Positions 25,990-38,326 of a DNA stretch of 64,000 nucleotides are shown piece by piece. The first letter of the stretch is position 1. Each line of letters opens with the position of its first letter. Position numbers and translations under genes: made by a program. Location: NCBI GenBank assembly GCA_951406725.2, contig OX597824.1, positions 56,544,001-56,608,000 of the forward strand. The letters are read 5' to 3'. Below the pieces are notes generated by a model that was given only the letters and a program-made list of their open reading frames with translations, searched no databases and was not told the origin of the DNA. The stretch comes from Octopus vulgaris. Taxonomy: Eukaryota.

Positions 25990-26827
25990 AAGCAACTTGG
26001 AGCTAAGTAGACTGCATACCATGCATTGTAATGGATAGGAAACTTGACTCCAACATATGAAGTGGAAAACATCTCAGTAGAACACAACTGGAAATGATTG
26101 GCAGTGGATGTGACAATGAAGGAATGTGGACTGGAGTGGATAGTGATATGGAAGGGAAGGAAGTTAAGACAGGAATTACTGATGAAGTTGCATGAATCCT
26201 GAATGAGATATTCCCAGAGTGGGGTCCCATGGATGATTACTGAAAGAAATGCTTGATAAACTGCTTCTTCCGAGAGGAGTATAGGCCAGGAGTCAGTGCC
26301 ACACAACAATATTCAGATATAGATGGCAACATCCACGTATGGTGTGAGAGTGACCTGTAAAAGAGAGAAAGCCTGTTTTTATGCAGGTAGGGGATGAAGT
26401 TTGGGTCAAACCCCAAAATATGAACTGCACATCTCAATGGAAAAAAGGAATAGTAATGGCCATTAATTCTAGAATTAATACCTGTAGAGGGAATGGCACA
26501 TCATGTCTTGGATGTTCATTGGATCATTGATTCATCAGATTGTGAAGGAGAAGATGTGAGTAGCAACCTATCTCTGTGGAGGTCACAGTAGGTGATACAT
26601 CCCCCTAGGTGGATGGCAGATTCTAACGCGGATTGAGATCAAGCATGTTGTCTGAGGTGCACCAGAAGTATAGGTTAGTGATGTCATGCAAACAGCTGTG
26701 GGGCCTTGTTGGAAGGAAAGGAGTGAGGGAGATTATGTAACCAGAAAGATTACTAGCATGGACCTCTTTTGCTTTGGGGCTATCACTTGGGACATGTGCC
26801 CAGATGTTAGGTAGCAGGGCTACAACA
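25990..26827 (+). mobile_element. Degenerate LTR-retrotransposon integrase and 3' LTR (26646-26827), related to the 38327-40590 element
   Basis: NISVEHNWK*LAVDVT and QVGDEVWVKP..CTSQWKKG align with NLSVEHNWKRL and KIGEEVWIKPPKACCTSQWSRG. Terminal TGTTGT...ACAACA. Confidence 0.7.
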
Positions 26828-27071
26828 GAATTTTAATTTTCATGTTTTTAATAAAATCACAAAAACGGATGGAAAGGATTGGCAAGGATGGAAAGGATCT
26901 ACCCACAAGGTAGATAAATTACACATTTCTCCTCATACCACTATATGCTAACACATATACACTGTTTCCTTTTATTATGCAGGACAATCATTCCTCAATA
27001 AATTCAAAATCCTTGTCTGATTTTATTGAAATTTTTACAGGATATGTAGCATTAGACATCCTATGTCTCAT

Positions 27072-28335
27072 GTACTTTTCATCTAAATTGGTTTATGTTT
27101 AAAGTGGAAATGAAGAAAAACACGTATATAGGGTGTTTCTTTTTATTATGCAAGTTAACAAATATTATATAAACTACAATGCGATTTACATATAGAACAA
27201 TGCATAACCATAACATTAACATATATACGTATATTTTCCACCATATAATTATATTTTCAAACAATTATGTATACATTTTACATCTTTATATAGCCTCCTT
27301 TACTATTTATAACTTTAAATATTCTCTCATCAACTGATTTGGTCAATTTCTCAATTTCTCACTTTTAATATTACTTGCAGCAGTTTTTATTGCTTCCTTT
27401 TTGAATATTGTCTACCATAAGAATATGAATCTTTTTTAATAATTAACCACAAATTCTCTATTGGGTTTAGATCTGGAGATTGGTGGGGCCATTCCATTAT
27501 CTTATGTTCTTTGAAACCTTTCTTAGCTAAATAGTTACTAGTGATTTTAGCAGAGTGTGAAAGAGCATAATCATGCATAAACATGCTCGCAATATTGACT
27601 TGTACCATTGGAGGAAATTGTCATTTAGAAGCTTGCAATAATTTTCAGCATTTATTTTGACTTCATCACCAACCTTAAATGGACCTATACTCTTCCAACT
27701 ATACTAGCCCAAAGCATGATTCGGACACTGCCCTGCTGTCTTCTTAATTGTATTGGCTGACTTTTTCCATGTAATACCCAACCTCTTACCCATCTATCAG
27801 TAAAAATTACATTTGTAAAGTCTGTCTTCATATAACTTTTTGCCCATGTCAATCTTTTTTCTTTGTGTACTTTATTTAAAGGAGTACTTTTGCAAAATTT
27901 ATCTAGTTTTTTCCTTGGTATGCTAGAGATTCCTGCTTCTTCAAAGATTTGTTTGTTGGTTAACTCACTTTTCTTGCACATAGTTCTTTTGTGTTTTGTC
28001 TTGTCTCTATTTGTGATGTTCTTGAAATCCATTTTCTACCTTTCTCTGAATGTTTTATGCCTGTTTTTTTTTTATACCTTTGATCTCTATTTAGCTTCTT
28101 AGAAATTACAATTGTATCCCTTTCTCACAGTAGTTTCCTGTTTCCTTCTTCACCTTTGATGTTATATCTTTTCTTTGACCCATTTCTATATTATTATGTT
28201 ATTAAGAAAAAACATTTCAAAATCACATATCACATGGGGGAAAGCAGTATCTTGTTAATAATAAAAAGAAACACCCCATAAAAGTGTTTTTCTTCATTTC
28301 CCCTTTAAATGTACACTGATTTAGACAAAAAGTAC
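27072..28335 (-). mobile_element. Tc1/mariner DNA transposon, degenerate, with ~75-bp inverted repeats
   Basis: RLTWAKSYMKTDFTNVIFTD, FMHDYALSHSAK and WPHQSPDLNPIENLW. Inverted repeats at about 27072-27150 and 28257-28335. Confidence 0.9.
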
Positions 28336-28479
28336 TAGTGAAACAATCCTGACAGTTATTATGAAACTGTCAGGTGAGAAATCACCAGAGAGACATCTGA
28401 TAGTAGGCTACAGGTACAAAAAGAAATTCTCATGATCCTGAGGGTTGCATGGACTAATTTTTTTCTAAAGAACAAAGAG

Positions 28480-29830
28480 ATACATGTGACCAAAAACTAT
28501 TGGCTCATAGTATGCCTGAATGTTATGAACAAACTGTCTATAGACTGTCTGAATATGTTTCTCCAAGCAAATGGATGAACAGGCAGGAGGAAAGAAAGGA
28601 GTCTGGGCCTGTACTGAACAGTTTCTCTACAACAAGATTCCTTAAGGAAGCCAAGCAACATCGCCATAATCTCTTTCTCACCACAATATGGTCCACTGAC
28701 AACTACTAAAGCAACACCTAATGTTACAAACATAATTAAGTTACCAACTGGCATTTCCCAGGGTGATAGTTTATATATAATGTTATTTGTAATGCCAAAG
28801 TTTCATGTTGGGATAGGCAGAAAGGAATAAAATTAATACCACCCACTCATTTTTTGCTGATGACCTAAACTCATATACTGCTAACATAAAGGGAATGGAA
28901 TTTGGGCAAAATAAATGCTCATATAATGAAAGGTTGTCAACTAGATAGAGAGCATGTACAGCAATGGTTTGTCAATCTCCCCTATCTCTTATGATGAAAA
29001 CTATAAGTAGAATCAGAGTTGAAGAGAATGTTGCATATGTTGGTGCTGCGGCTAAAGCTAGATTAGCATAGATGTACTTTTGTATGCCCTGGAAAATATG
29101 GATGTCAGAGCTGCCAGCATTTATCAAGACATCTCAAAATGTTTTTGCAGTGCCAGTGTTAGTATCAACATTTGAGATATTGGACTGGATACTTGAGATC
29201 TGCAGACTAGGCATAAAAACTAGAAAAGCACTGACCACCACTGGCAACTTCTAATAGGATATATCATGATAAGATGGCAGTAGAGGCATAAGATCAGTTC
29301 AAACAAACTTTGAATGTTACAACACCTGCTGAAAATAAAGAAATGAGTACATTCGACACATACTCAAAAGTGAAAGCAACAACACCTTAAGAGTTGGAAA
29401 ATACTAATCAGGTACTCCAAAGGAGACTGGACTGACCTACTTAAAAAGAAGCTTGTAAGAGAAGCTGGCATAAATACCAGTAAAGAGCAATGCATGTGTA
29501 CATATCCCATAAGCTAAAGAATAATAACAGGATTGACAAGACGAGTAGCCTCTCATGGAACAATCATAGTTACATTACACCCTGCTTTGAAGGATATGCT
29601 TTTAGTATCCAGGAACATGAGATAGCTACTAATTTTGTGATAAACAAATGAGACAAACATAACACCTCCACATTGTGATAGAAAATGTTGGCTCTGTTAT
29701 ACCAGATATAACCACATCATTAGAAGCTGCCCACCAAATGTCTTACAACTGCAGATTCTCCAAATCCAATCTATTAGTAGCGCAGTGAAGATGTGTAAAA
29801 CATTCCAAAGATTCTTCATCTAAGATTCTT
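28480..29830 (+). mobile_element. R4/Dong-like non-LTR retrotransposon remnant
   Basis: Decayed motifs GISQGDSL, HSFFADDL, MEFGQNKC, FAVPVL..F.ILDW, EGYAFSIQEHEIAT and CWLC..HIIRSCP. Confidence 0.6.
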
Positions 29831-29916
29831 TACATAAATAGATGCATCAACAGTTCAACAATCACATACTGGTAACTCTCTTTACTTAAAAAGCCTTGTT
29901 GCTTTGTTAATATGTA

Positions 29917-32660
29917 TGATTGATTGATTGATTGATTCTAGTTTCAGCTTATGAGCTGTGGCCATGCTGGGGCACCGCCATTTGGTGTTGCTACTTGGTT
30001 TCACTTCACGAAAGCTTTCTAGCAACTGCCATTTGGTGCATGAGAGAGTTCGATGCAGCTGCCCTCATCTGCCCCTCCTGCCGTGAAGTTGGTTCATCTG
30101 GGACACCTGACAGGAAGAGATCCAGCTTCATTTTAAAGACATCTGCATCCACCCCATGCAGGTCTCTCAGGTTCTTCGGGAGGATATTGAAGAGTTGTGG
30201 GCCTCGGAAGACCAGGCTATCTTGTCCTACATCTTGGTGGCAAGTTTGGAGTCCTAGGCACGGACACGTCCCTACAGGATCTTCCAGATGTATATTATGG
30301 CATATCTTTCCCGCCTACGCTCCAGGGAATATAGTTTTAATCCCTTGAGTCTTTCCCAGTAGCTCACATTCTGCATAGAGGCTTTCTTCTTCGTGTAGCT
30401 ACGTTGGATCGCCTCGAGCTCTGTGATCAACTTGACACTGGATGGTGACCATAACTGAGAGCAGTAGTCAAAGTGGCTTAGGACAAGTGTCCTCCAGAGG
30501 ACCATCATGGTTTCTTGTTCTCTTGTTCTAAAGGTTCTGAGGATCAATCCGGCCAGTCATCTACATTTCATTGCCAATTAAGCAACATGTACACGAAAGG
30601 TCGCGTAATCACTCATGTAAATACCTAGGTCACGCACTGATTGTGCCTCTGGGATTGCTATTCCTCCGGGTCCAGTGTATTCATTGGGTATTGCATTTAG
30701 TTTTGCATGCTGATAGTATAGAGCTTGAAACTTTTCAGCATTGAACTGCATGCTATTCTTTTCGGCCCACTTGTATATTTTGTCCAGCTCACATTGCAGG
30801 TGTTTAGTGTCCTCAGGGTTCTGTATTGCCTGTGAAACTTTTGTATCATCTGCATAACTTGTGATCGTGGCTCTCTGCGTGGCTGAGGGCATGTTTGAGA
30901 GGGCCATTATGAAAAGTAGTGGTCCCAGAACAGTGCCCTGCGGAACACCGCTCACTATTTGCGTGTTAATGGAAGTGAGATATATCACTTCCACATTTGA
31001 GTGGTTGAGCAGCCGTTTCAGCACCCAGTCAGGAGCTGAGTTAAACAGCTTCTCCCTGGTCGGAAACCATGTTGGGTGTCGGGCAGCAAGTCATTCTCTT
31101 CAAGGAAGGTGATCAGCTTCCTTCTGACTATTCGTTCCATGACCTTGCTGATGTGTGAGGTCAGAGAGATAGGTCTATAGTTCTTGGCTTCCGCTCTGCT
31201 ACCTCCTTTATGAATGGGGCATATTTTACCTTCATTCAGTTTTTTTGGAAGTTTGCCAGCTGCAAGGAAGCTCTGAAAGAGTAACTGCAGTGGTCTTGCT
31301 AGGACTCTCTTACATGCTTTTAGGAGGATTGCCGGGAATCCATCGGGGGCCAGTAGCTGAGTCTGTTTTCATTTCATCTATAGCCTTGATTACATCGTCT
31401 TCCTTTATATCAATGTAATCTATCGTCGCCGCCTCTGATTTTATATCTGCAGTGGTAAAAAAGTTGGATTGGTGATTTGGAGATGCCCAAGGGGTGGAGT
31501 GAAAACACTCTTGAATTGCTCATTCAGTATTTCACTTACTCTCATTGGTTTTCCTGTAAGTGCGCCATCCTTTTCGAGGGGTGGCTCTATTCTACAGTGC
31601 ACCGTAGCTATTTCTTTGGCATACCTGTAGAAAGCTCTGGGGATAGATTTTATGTTGTCTATAGCCCAGGCTTCTTTGTCTGCTCTTTCCTTTTCATGGG
31701 AGAGTTGCAGACATTTTTCGATTTCCAACAGTTTTATTTTCAGGCGGGACTTTTCACTGCTTTCAATCTGTTTGTTTAGGCGATTTGAAAATTTTGTACG
31801 CCGTCTCATTAAAATTTTCCTCTCTCTGGGGATTTTGTTCTTGTGTACAGTGACCTTTCTCTCTGGGACACATTTGTAGCATATGGCTTGCATTACAGAC
31901 ATGAATTGTTGAAGTTTCACGTCGTTGTCTGGCGAGGAAAGACTTTTAGGCCAGTTTTGTTTGAGGATCTCATTCTCAATTTGTTTCCAGTTTGCCTTAT
32001 TCTTTGTGTTACTTGCACTTTTTCAAGCTGGAAAGATTCTGAGGGTTTTTTGTAGGCTGCATGTCCGTGCTGTCTTTTGGCCCGTACATGGTCAGCTCTA
32101 TCATATGATCCGAGAGTAGTGTCGGTGTCACTTTCACATTGTGGATGAGATCCATGTCATTTGTGAAGCAGAGATCCAGTGTGTTACCTGCCCTGGTTGA
32201 GGTTACCTGCCCTGTGTGTTACCTGCCCTGATGAGGTTCAGGAGGGACCTCGCCTGTCCTCGTTCACATCTTGTCATCCCTGGGAGAGAAAGGCCCTCGG
32301 GCCATCTGACATTGGGCAGATTGATGTCTCCCATAAGAAGTACACATGTGTTGTTCTAATGTGGTTAGAACTTCTATTTTTATAAGGCAGTCTTCAAACT
32401 TGCCCACATGGCTTGGGGCATCTGGAGGGTGATATGTAGCACACACAACTACACCGAGTTTGAGTATGACAAGAGGACCTGGGGTGTGAGGTCCTCACGG
32501 ATGTACATAGCAACACCTCCATGACTCCTTTCTTTCCTGTCGGTCCGTAGTACAGCATACTGTGGTATGTGTAACTCCGCATCTGCTATATCCGGTTTCA
32601 GGTGCGTTTCCGTAAGTGCTATGCATAAGGCTTGATTGCATGCAACAAAGTCTCTCAGAC
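29917..32660 (-). mobile_element. CR1-group LINE copy 1 (EN-RT, degenerate, internal deletions), (AATC)n tail
   Basis: IALTETHL endonuclease motif, SGVPQGTVLGPLLF, YADDTK, HFDYCSQLWSP and YSLERRRERY. Closely similar to 55022-57626. Confidence 0.92.
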
Positions 32661-32671
32661 ACATACACACA

Positions 32672-32730
<59 letters not shown>

Positions 32731-32830
32731 ATATACGACAGGCTTTGTTCAGTTTCCATCTACCTAATCCAATCAGAAGGCATAGTAAAAGACACTTGCC
32801 CAAGGTACCATGAAATGGGACTGAACCTGG
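32660..32830 (-). mobile_element. (CA)n tract and SINE fragment
   Basis: gacacttgcccaaggtacca..gggactgaacc is the reverse complement of the 12000-type SINE head. Confidence 0.7.
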
Positions 32831-33893
32831 AAAATAAAAAATGAAAAGTAAAAATGGAAAATCAAAATGTCTCTTGAAAAGAGATCTAATTAGATAGATA
32901 ATATAAACATATAGAGTCTCTTACTGCTGTTTCTAGAATTGCCAAGCATGTAGATCTGATGATCTATTTAGTAAGCTGAGTATTCCATCATCAGAGAGGA
33001 AGAAGTCAGTGAGATGTAACGAGGAGGGAATGTTTCCAGTCGAGGATATTATTTATTCCAGTTTGTTAAAAATAGGGGAAAGATCTGAGTAAAATAAAAC
33101 TTATGTGAGTTACAAGGGGTAAGAGTATGCAGGTAGACAGGCAAGAACAAGTGTTGTGGATTGGTACTTGGCAGACCTGCTCATGGAAGTTTGATGGTGA
33201 TGGTGACTTTGGTGCAGGTGGTGCAGCTGGTTCTAAGGTAGTACATCCAGATTGTTGGCAACCAGTGGCAGAGGCAGAGCTGGCAATTAAGAATTCCAGT
33301 TGAATATCAACAATAGTTCACTTGATGCTGAATGTTTTGACTTGGAGGTCACAGAGTCTCTAGAGAAAGTGAGACAAAGAGTTCTCTCTATCGCTGGATC
33401 TGAATGAGTGCCTGAGTTTGGAGTATCTTCTTTTGGAGCCATTGGCCGTCATACCCATATAGTACCTAGTGATGCCATCGGATGGTGTAAGAGTGGCTTT
33501 GTATACTGCAGTCCTCAACTGGCATGATCCTTCTAGAAGATAGGCAGTGGGGTTTTGGCAATTGTAGGTTGGGATTGGGGGTGTACAGATACATTTTTAT
33601 GTTTGTTAGTGTGTGCAGTGTTAGATATAATATGTAAGCTGGAGTAGCTTACCATGACATTATGTGAGATGAAGAGTTTATAATACGTATGGTCGCATGA
33701 CCTTTTTTGACCAATCCAGTAATAGTACTTTACTTTCTCTAACTGATCTCTCATTTAAATTTCCAATGACAGAGAATTAGTATCATGCTTTGAAACTTAA
33801 AGAATCAAGGAATTTGAATCAAACTGTTTTGAGCCACACACACACATACGCACATGCATGTGTTTGTGTTTATATATACACACACATAACATA

Positions 33894-33930
<37 letters not shown>

Positions 33931-34734
33931 GTATACACACACACACATTTGGGATGATGATGTTACATCAGTGTCATGATGATGTTACATCATATGTCAT
34001 GATAAGATTGCAGTTGAATGTTACATTGCTGAAAATAAAGAAATGAGTACATTCGACACATACTCAAATATCTGCAATACTTAGGACATTGAGACCTATA
34101 TGTTACTTATTATCATGAAGGAAAACAGCCGATAAGGGACCCTATTTAGTTGATTGTGTTGTTCAGATGAAAGCAAAGATAAAACAAAAACGATACAATT
34201 AAATGTCTAAATGTCTAGATACAATTCAATGACCTTTTAGACATCTAAGTTAAATTATTTTATCAGTGACCCCCACCCACACCCAGTGAATTATTTCAAG
34301 TAATTTTTTGGATTTTGTGTTACTTGCACTTTTATTTTTTTATGCCACCCAATGTCTTCATCATGCTACACTAACTTTCACTTATTTCATCTTACTTTCC
34401 ATTTTGACCTCTACCTCCTATCTTCTTAAAGGGCTTTACTGCCTAGTGTTAGACTTTTTCACTTTTTACCAAAATATACCTCTTTTTGGATTAATGTTGT
34501 CTCATTTAGCTGCACGAAGAAATTCATTAGATTGTTATACTTCCAAGGTTTGACTTTTTGCATGAATGTACATGATTATTGGTGATTTCGGACAGTATTT
34601 TAAAAATAAATGTAACCTTCTTTATAAACTTATTCGTTTATATGAATTTACTATCCTTGTTTAACCTATACAGACCATTGTTATCTGAACCACTCTTTTA
34701 TCGGGTATCAAATATGATTCCACATTTATGTCAA

Positions 34735-34910
34735 GGTGGCAAGTTGGCAGAAACATTTACGTTCTGAGTTCAAATTCCATTGAGGTCGACTTTGCCTTTC
34801 ATCCTTTTGGAATCGATAGCTTAAGTATCAGTTGTGTACTGGGGTCAATCTTATCGACAGACCCCCTCCCCCTAAAATTTTGGGCTTTGTGCCTAAAGTA
34901 GAAAAGATTA
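34735..34910 (+). mobile_element. tRNA-derived SINE
   Basis: cgttctgagttcaaattcc..gaggtcgactttgcctttcatccttt, the same family as 11335-11535. Confidence 0.8.
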
Positions 34911-34944
34911 TAATTATAATAGAAATTTCAGACATTCTTCTAGC

Positions 34945-35905
34945 TTGGGTGTGAACAGGACCCTCAACATGCACAGTGCACATCCAGTGAAGCATACAAG
35001 CTTCATTTCTTTCAAGCCTACACATGTCCTTGGTGGTCACAGCCCATGTAGCACAGCTGTTCACACACAGGCATCATACAGTCTGCCTTTCATTCTAAGG
35101 CCTTCGTTACCAACTTTACCAACTTTGTCTTATTCTCACAGCTAAACTCTAAGCATCCACCTCCACTACTGACTTGGTCACCTAGATAACAGAAGCTATC
35201 AACTATAAACTTACCCCCCCCCACTCCTGGCATTTGATGGAGTCTATTTTTTGTAAATTTTAAATCTTCATTGTACCAGTGCATCTTCCACACACAAAAA
35301 CTATTTTCCCTGTCGACCTTCCTCTGATATTGCTGCACCTCTTGTGTCCATAGCTTGCACTGGATACATCTTATGGCGTTTCTACCTATGCCTTTTCTAC
35401 AGAGCCATCAAACCCGAGGGGATTTGTGATTTGTCCACTGAGTAAGACTTTGGTTTTTGGTGGATTAACTCTAAGGCTTTTTGATTCCAGACCTTGCCTC
35501 CATACCTGAAATTTCTTCTCTAGTTCAAGATCATCAGCATAGAGGAGCTCCCAGGGGTAACTCATCTTAAATTCCTCTGTTATTGCCTGAGGAGAGGGTG
35601 GAGGACTGATCATTGGTGAACCTCTACTTATACCCTGAATTTATCACTATACTCGTTGCCAACCCTCACCTTATTGATGGCATCTTTGTACATTGCTTGT
35701 ATAGCTCTCACAAACCACTTCTCTATCCCTATTTTCCACATTGACCACCAGATAAAGGAGTGGAGGACTCTCCGTGTCAACAAATGCGAAGTATAGAGGT
35801 TTATCTTTGGCTAGGTACCTCTCCTGCAGCTGTCTTACCAGAAATTTAGCATCAGTAGTGCTTCTCCCTGGCACAAAACTAAACTGCATCTCATCTAGAC
35901 ACTGC
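34945..35905 (-). mobile_element. RTE-clade LINE RT remnant
   Basis: MQFSFVPGRSTTDA.FLVRQLQERY..LYFAFVD, PWELLYADDL, VDSFCYLGD and RLERNEA.ML.WM. Confidence 0.85.
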
Positions 35906-37749
35906 CTGATCTAACAACCTGATATTTGTGTGTGGGTGGGTGTGGGTGTGTGTGTGTGTGTGTGTGTGTGCATGTGTGAGTTTATGTGTGTGTACATGCG
36001 TGCATGTGTTTGCCAATCATTAAGAGTGGTTGGCATCTGTGGAATAGGGAAACATGGAATGACATGGTGAGGACCAATCTCAGGATGTTGGGCCTCATGG
36101 ATGAGATGACAATGGTCTGAGATGTCTGGCAATATAAAATTCTTGAGAAAACCCATCCACTTCAGCAAAACTGAGTTCTAGATGCGCTGTGTAACAATAA
36201 AACATTCCACACACCCTACTCCAAACTACATTTCTTCTTTTCATGCACTATCCTGTCCTCAAATTCCCCAGTCCTGTCCTCAAATTCCTTGCTCACTGTA
36301 TCATTGCTATCTTGTAGTCTCCCACTCCCTCTATATACCTAAATTTCATCAATCACTGCATTATCCCACTCCACACTTTTTGCATCCATGCGAAGTGTCT
36401 CCTCCCTACTCGTTCACCTTTGGCAATACCTTGCCACTTATATTCTGAGCAACGTACCTTTAGGGTATGCCCAGGCACTTTGTCACCATCTCTCTCTCTC
36501 TTGCTTTACTCTACAATCCCATTTATATACTAATCCCCATTCCTTGTATGCCGTGGCACTTTGCCACCATCTCTCTCTCCTGTTTTCTCTTGCACTCCTT
36601 CTTCTCTTCCATTCTCTCTCTCTTGCTCTCCCCTCTGACTGGGTAACCATGTATATCCTCTACAGCAACACACCTATTTCTGTCCTCATTCTTGATCTCT
36701 CTCTCTCTCAGAGAGAGAGCGAGAGTGAGAGTGTGTGGAAGAGAGCTGGAGTGCAAGAGAAAGCAGGAAAGAGATGGTGCCAGGGCCTACTCACAGAACT
36801 GGGGTGATTCAGGGTCTGCTTAGAATTAATATAATAATAGCAACAACAGAGAATGTTTCAGCACCCCACACTAAATGTAAATCAAACAGTATGGATATGG
36901 CAGATGGAGGTTAAGCCAATAAGGAAAAAAATATTTTAATTAACATTATGACAATAACAACAGTAACAAAAATAATAGGGTTGAAATAAATGAGAATAAC
37001 AAAGAACAATGGAGTTGAGAAAATCAGCAACTACCATACAAATAAACGCAATAAAAGGAATAAAAGTGCAACAAGGGATGACCAGGTTGCAAATAAAAAA
37101 AACAAAAGCTCTAGAATCAAAAATGAAAGCCTACCCGAGAATGACTGCATGAAAAAGAATACTATATTTAAATGTGAAGTAGAGACATGCACAAACTTTT
37201 AAAATCGTCTGAGAAACTATCTTCCATCCTTCACTAATGAGTGCAAAAGTCACTGCACATCGATGACAAGCCTCATGTGGAGGAATTTCAACTGTGTTTC
37301 GTGGTCTGCTACCACACCAGCTCCTTTATAGGATCCAGTTAGCTCAAGACATCATCAGGAGGTACCACGTACGGTTTTCGCCCCTACTCCTCTACCGTTT
37401 TGACGTGGCGACCCCCACCCCTTTCAGCGGTGTCTTCAGCACTGGTGTTGGGTGCATGTCTTCTTTCGTCTTCTTTCTTCTGTTCCCTGGCCTCTTCGAT
37501 GTAGCGTCAACGAGTGTCAGAGGGCGACTGACAGTCTTGTCAATTTTTTCCCCTTTAAATACCTGCTGCTAGACTCCAACAGGCAGCCATAACAAGTTGT
37601 CACGTGAGACTGTCTCAACTTTAACTGACCAATGAAGGCCCGTAGTCTTAGCCCACGCATTCTCTAAACGACTGTCACCTGTCAATCAGCAAAGCTAATT
37701 CAGGGTCAGCTTGTCTCACCTAGTGATGTTATTTTCCGCCGACATGTTA

Positions 37750-38326
37750 TGACTTTCAAGCCACTTTTGGTCTTCCTGCTTCAGACATATATAGAAGCTG
37801 GCTTTCTCGGCCGCCTCCTGTACTCTCCCTATTAGCTTTCTCAGCTTTCAGCTAGAAAAAACAAATCTTCTTTTGAGTAGCGTTGTCATTTTTCTTTCAA
37901 TGAAGCCTCTACCCTACTGCCTGGTGGTAATACTAGACATTCCATCCCTGTTCTCTACACTCTTCGATTAGTTTTTCGTACCTCTTCTTTCCTTCCTCTG
38001 CATTGCCGATGTTCTCTTCCCATAGCACTCTCAGTTCTAGCAAAATTCCTATTCTCCGTTCTCTGTTCCAAAGGACTGAATCTGGTCTTTTTGTCGTTTT
38101 TATTAGTGGAAATATTACTTGTCCTTTCAAATCCGTGGCCACCTCCAGTATCCTTTCCATCTTTCGTCTATCTCATATATTTTATTTGCAGACCTGGGTT
38201 TATAAGTATACTTTCCTGCATTTTTCCAATTTTGGCTACTTTCTCCTATTGTACCTCTCAATCTTCTCCATGAGTGCTGCGTTTATGACGCCGAGGACGC
38301 CATGTAGTCTGCACTTTGACAGAACA
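37750..38326 (-). mobile_element. HERO/R2-group LINE remnant with restriction-like endonuclease
   Basis: TDLKGQVIFP..TTKRPDSVLW..LLELRVLWEENI..KKRYEKLIEECREQGW, a PD-(D/E)xK-type REL domain. A related segment recurs at 40591-40700. Confidence 0.75.

Noticed and set aside
33000-33780. Pro/Thr-rich minus-strand coding remnant, possibly a LINE ORF1 or host exon
   Set aside because: No recognisable conserved motif or splice structure, and multiple stops.
37294-37580. Solo LTR (TGT...ACA ends, TATA-like motifs)
   Set aside because: No matching target-site duplication and no second copy in the window, so it is not supportable.
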